This document shows, in pieces, positions 32,012 through 33,411 of a DNA stretch of 33,411 nt. The position numbers and the translations under genes are program-made. Location of the stretch: NCBI RefSeq assembly GCF_000315625.1, contig NW_005434577.1:1-33411 (forward strand), read 5' to 3'. Position 1 is the stretch's first letter. Each line of letters begins with the position of its first letter. The DNA comes from Guillardia theta CCMP2712. Lineage: Eukaryota; Protista; Cryptophyta. Below the pieces are notes generated by a model. The model did not search any database. It saw only the letters and a list, made by a program, of their open reading frames with translations, and was not told where the DNA came from.

Positions 32012-33411
32012 ATGTCGAGGGAGGGGAGGGGAGGGGAGGGGAGGGATGGAAGTAGTCGAGGAGAGAGAAGAAGGGAAGGAAACGAAGGGATGTAGGAGGT
32101 TGGCAGAAGAACGATATCGGGTTGTCGAGCCAGAACGAGGGAGTCAGTGACTGAAAAGACGGTACTCTTAGACAGGCAGGTACGATGTCAGGGACCAGAC
32201 AGGGTATGGTACCACTCTGACCGTGATCGCTCCTTAGGATTCCCGGAATAATCAGTTTCCCTCAGCCTCTTTGGAGGATTGTGTTGCTCCTGGTATGGAC
32301 AGAGGTAGTGTCACCTTGTATGTTCAGACGTCCTCTGCTGTACGTGAGGCCGTTGGTTGACATGAAGAAATGCGCAAGCATGGAAAATCCTTTTGCTCAC
32401 TTCAGCTATGACAAGCAAGGTGTGGTTTTCTTTGTGCAACGATGCAACACTCACTGATTTCCCTGCCTTCTGTTCTTGTTTTGACGTTGGTTGATGTGTT
32501 GACATACTAAAACAGGTTCCTCATGCATCAATCAGGTGTTGTTCTGACTTGTCTGTGTCTTGTTTCTCACATATGGTGCAAGAGACAAGTGTCGACCAAG
32601 AGGAAGCAGCCTGTTGAGATGAAGGCTGAGGATGCAACAGGAGGAGAAGCGAAGAAGGTGCAGGGCAAGAAAGCAAAGTTTACAGCGAGTAGCTTGCAAG
32701 AGGAGATGTTTTGACACTAACTGACAGGTCAAAAGTTTCAACCTCGCAGAGACCAGACAAGAAGCAAAAGACTGAACACATAGAGGGCTTCATCAAGTTC
32801 ATACCCGACTACAAGACATTGCTGGAGCGGGCAGGACTATCAATAGCTTCTGATGTGATCCTACCTGTCGTATCGGGTGAGAGTAGTAATCGTTGTCTTT
32901 GAGAGATTTCCCTTCGTTTGCCCTTCGACTCTCAATCTTCTCCTCTCCCTCTCCTCTCCCTCTCCTCTCCCTCTCCTCTCCCTCTCCTCTCCCTCTCCCT
33001 CTCCCTCTCCCTCTCCCTATCTCACTCCTCTTCACTCTCCCTCCTGTGTTCTCTCTCCCTCCCTTTCGTCATGTCTTCCTCCGCTTTCTCCTCTCTTCTG
33101 TCTTCTCTCTCCTCGCACTTTCTTTCTCATCATTTCCCAGGCAATCCGAGTGGATGGAGGGAGCGATGGGCGTCAGTATGTGACGATTGCTTCAAGAGAG
33201 GAATCCATTGCTCCCATTACGATGAGAAACCGTGAAAACAGACCCTTCCGCTCCTCCTCCTCCTCCTCCTCCTCCTCCTCCTCTACTGTTGCTTCTCCTA
33301 TTTTTCCTTCTCCATCTCTTCCATCTCCTTCCCTGTCTTCCTTCTCTCCCCCCCCCATTCCAGCTCCTGCTCTGCAAGCTTCTCGAAATGACTTGACACA
33401 CCCGAGCAGGT
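32012..33411 (+). CDS. 5' part of a probable Zn(II)2Cys6 (GAL4-type) DNA-binding protein; start uncertain, runs off the window
   Basis: Exon 33141-33231 encodes RERWASVCDDCFKRGIHCSHYDEKP (CxxC-x6-C). The window ends at ttgac..gagcag|gt, a plausible acceptor. Upstream exons carry basic, NLS-like segments (TKRKQP, PDKKQK). Confidence 0.45.

Overview
Gene-dense eukaryotic nuclear DNA with GT-AG introns, many filled with microsatellites, and one 100-N gap. A signal peptide plus RLRGG leader, a Zn2Cys6-like exon and a flagellar gene suggest a flagellated alga with a complex red plastid (cryptophyte-like); this is inference only. Genes in order: CCDC42/CFAP73-like (+); a ~1,450-aa membrane protein of two tandem modules, each TM1, beta-sandwich-like ectodomain, 5 TM and a RelA/SpoT-like nucleotidyltransferase (+); three paralogous small ORFs with a shared C-terminal motif; an SLC43/FMP42-like MFS transporter (+); a MORN-repeat gene spanning the gap (-); a RECQL4-type helicase (-); a broken + strand coding-like segment; a MAEA/Gid9-like CTLH E3 subunit with signal peptide and RLRGG (-); a membrane-anchored collagen-like protein (-); and the 5' part of a probable Zn2Cys6 factor (+). 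The best candidate for a novel system is the double-NTase receptor-like protein (6TM-NT-6TM-NT). Also notable are six strand-polarised GGGGT clusters upstream of genes and a 27-bp motif present as an inverted pair 29 kb apart. Gene models were spliced by eye; family calls come from motif recognition, not database searches.
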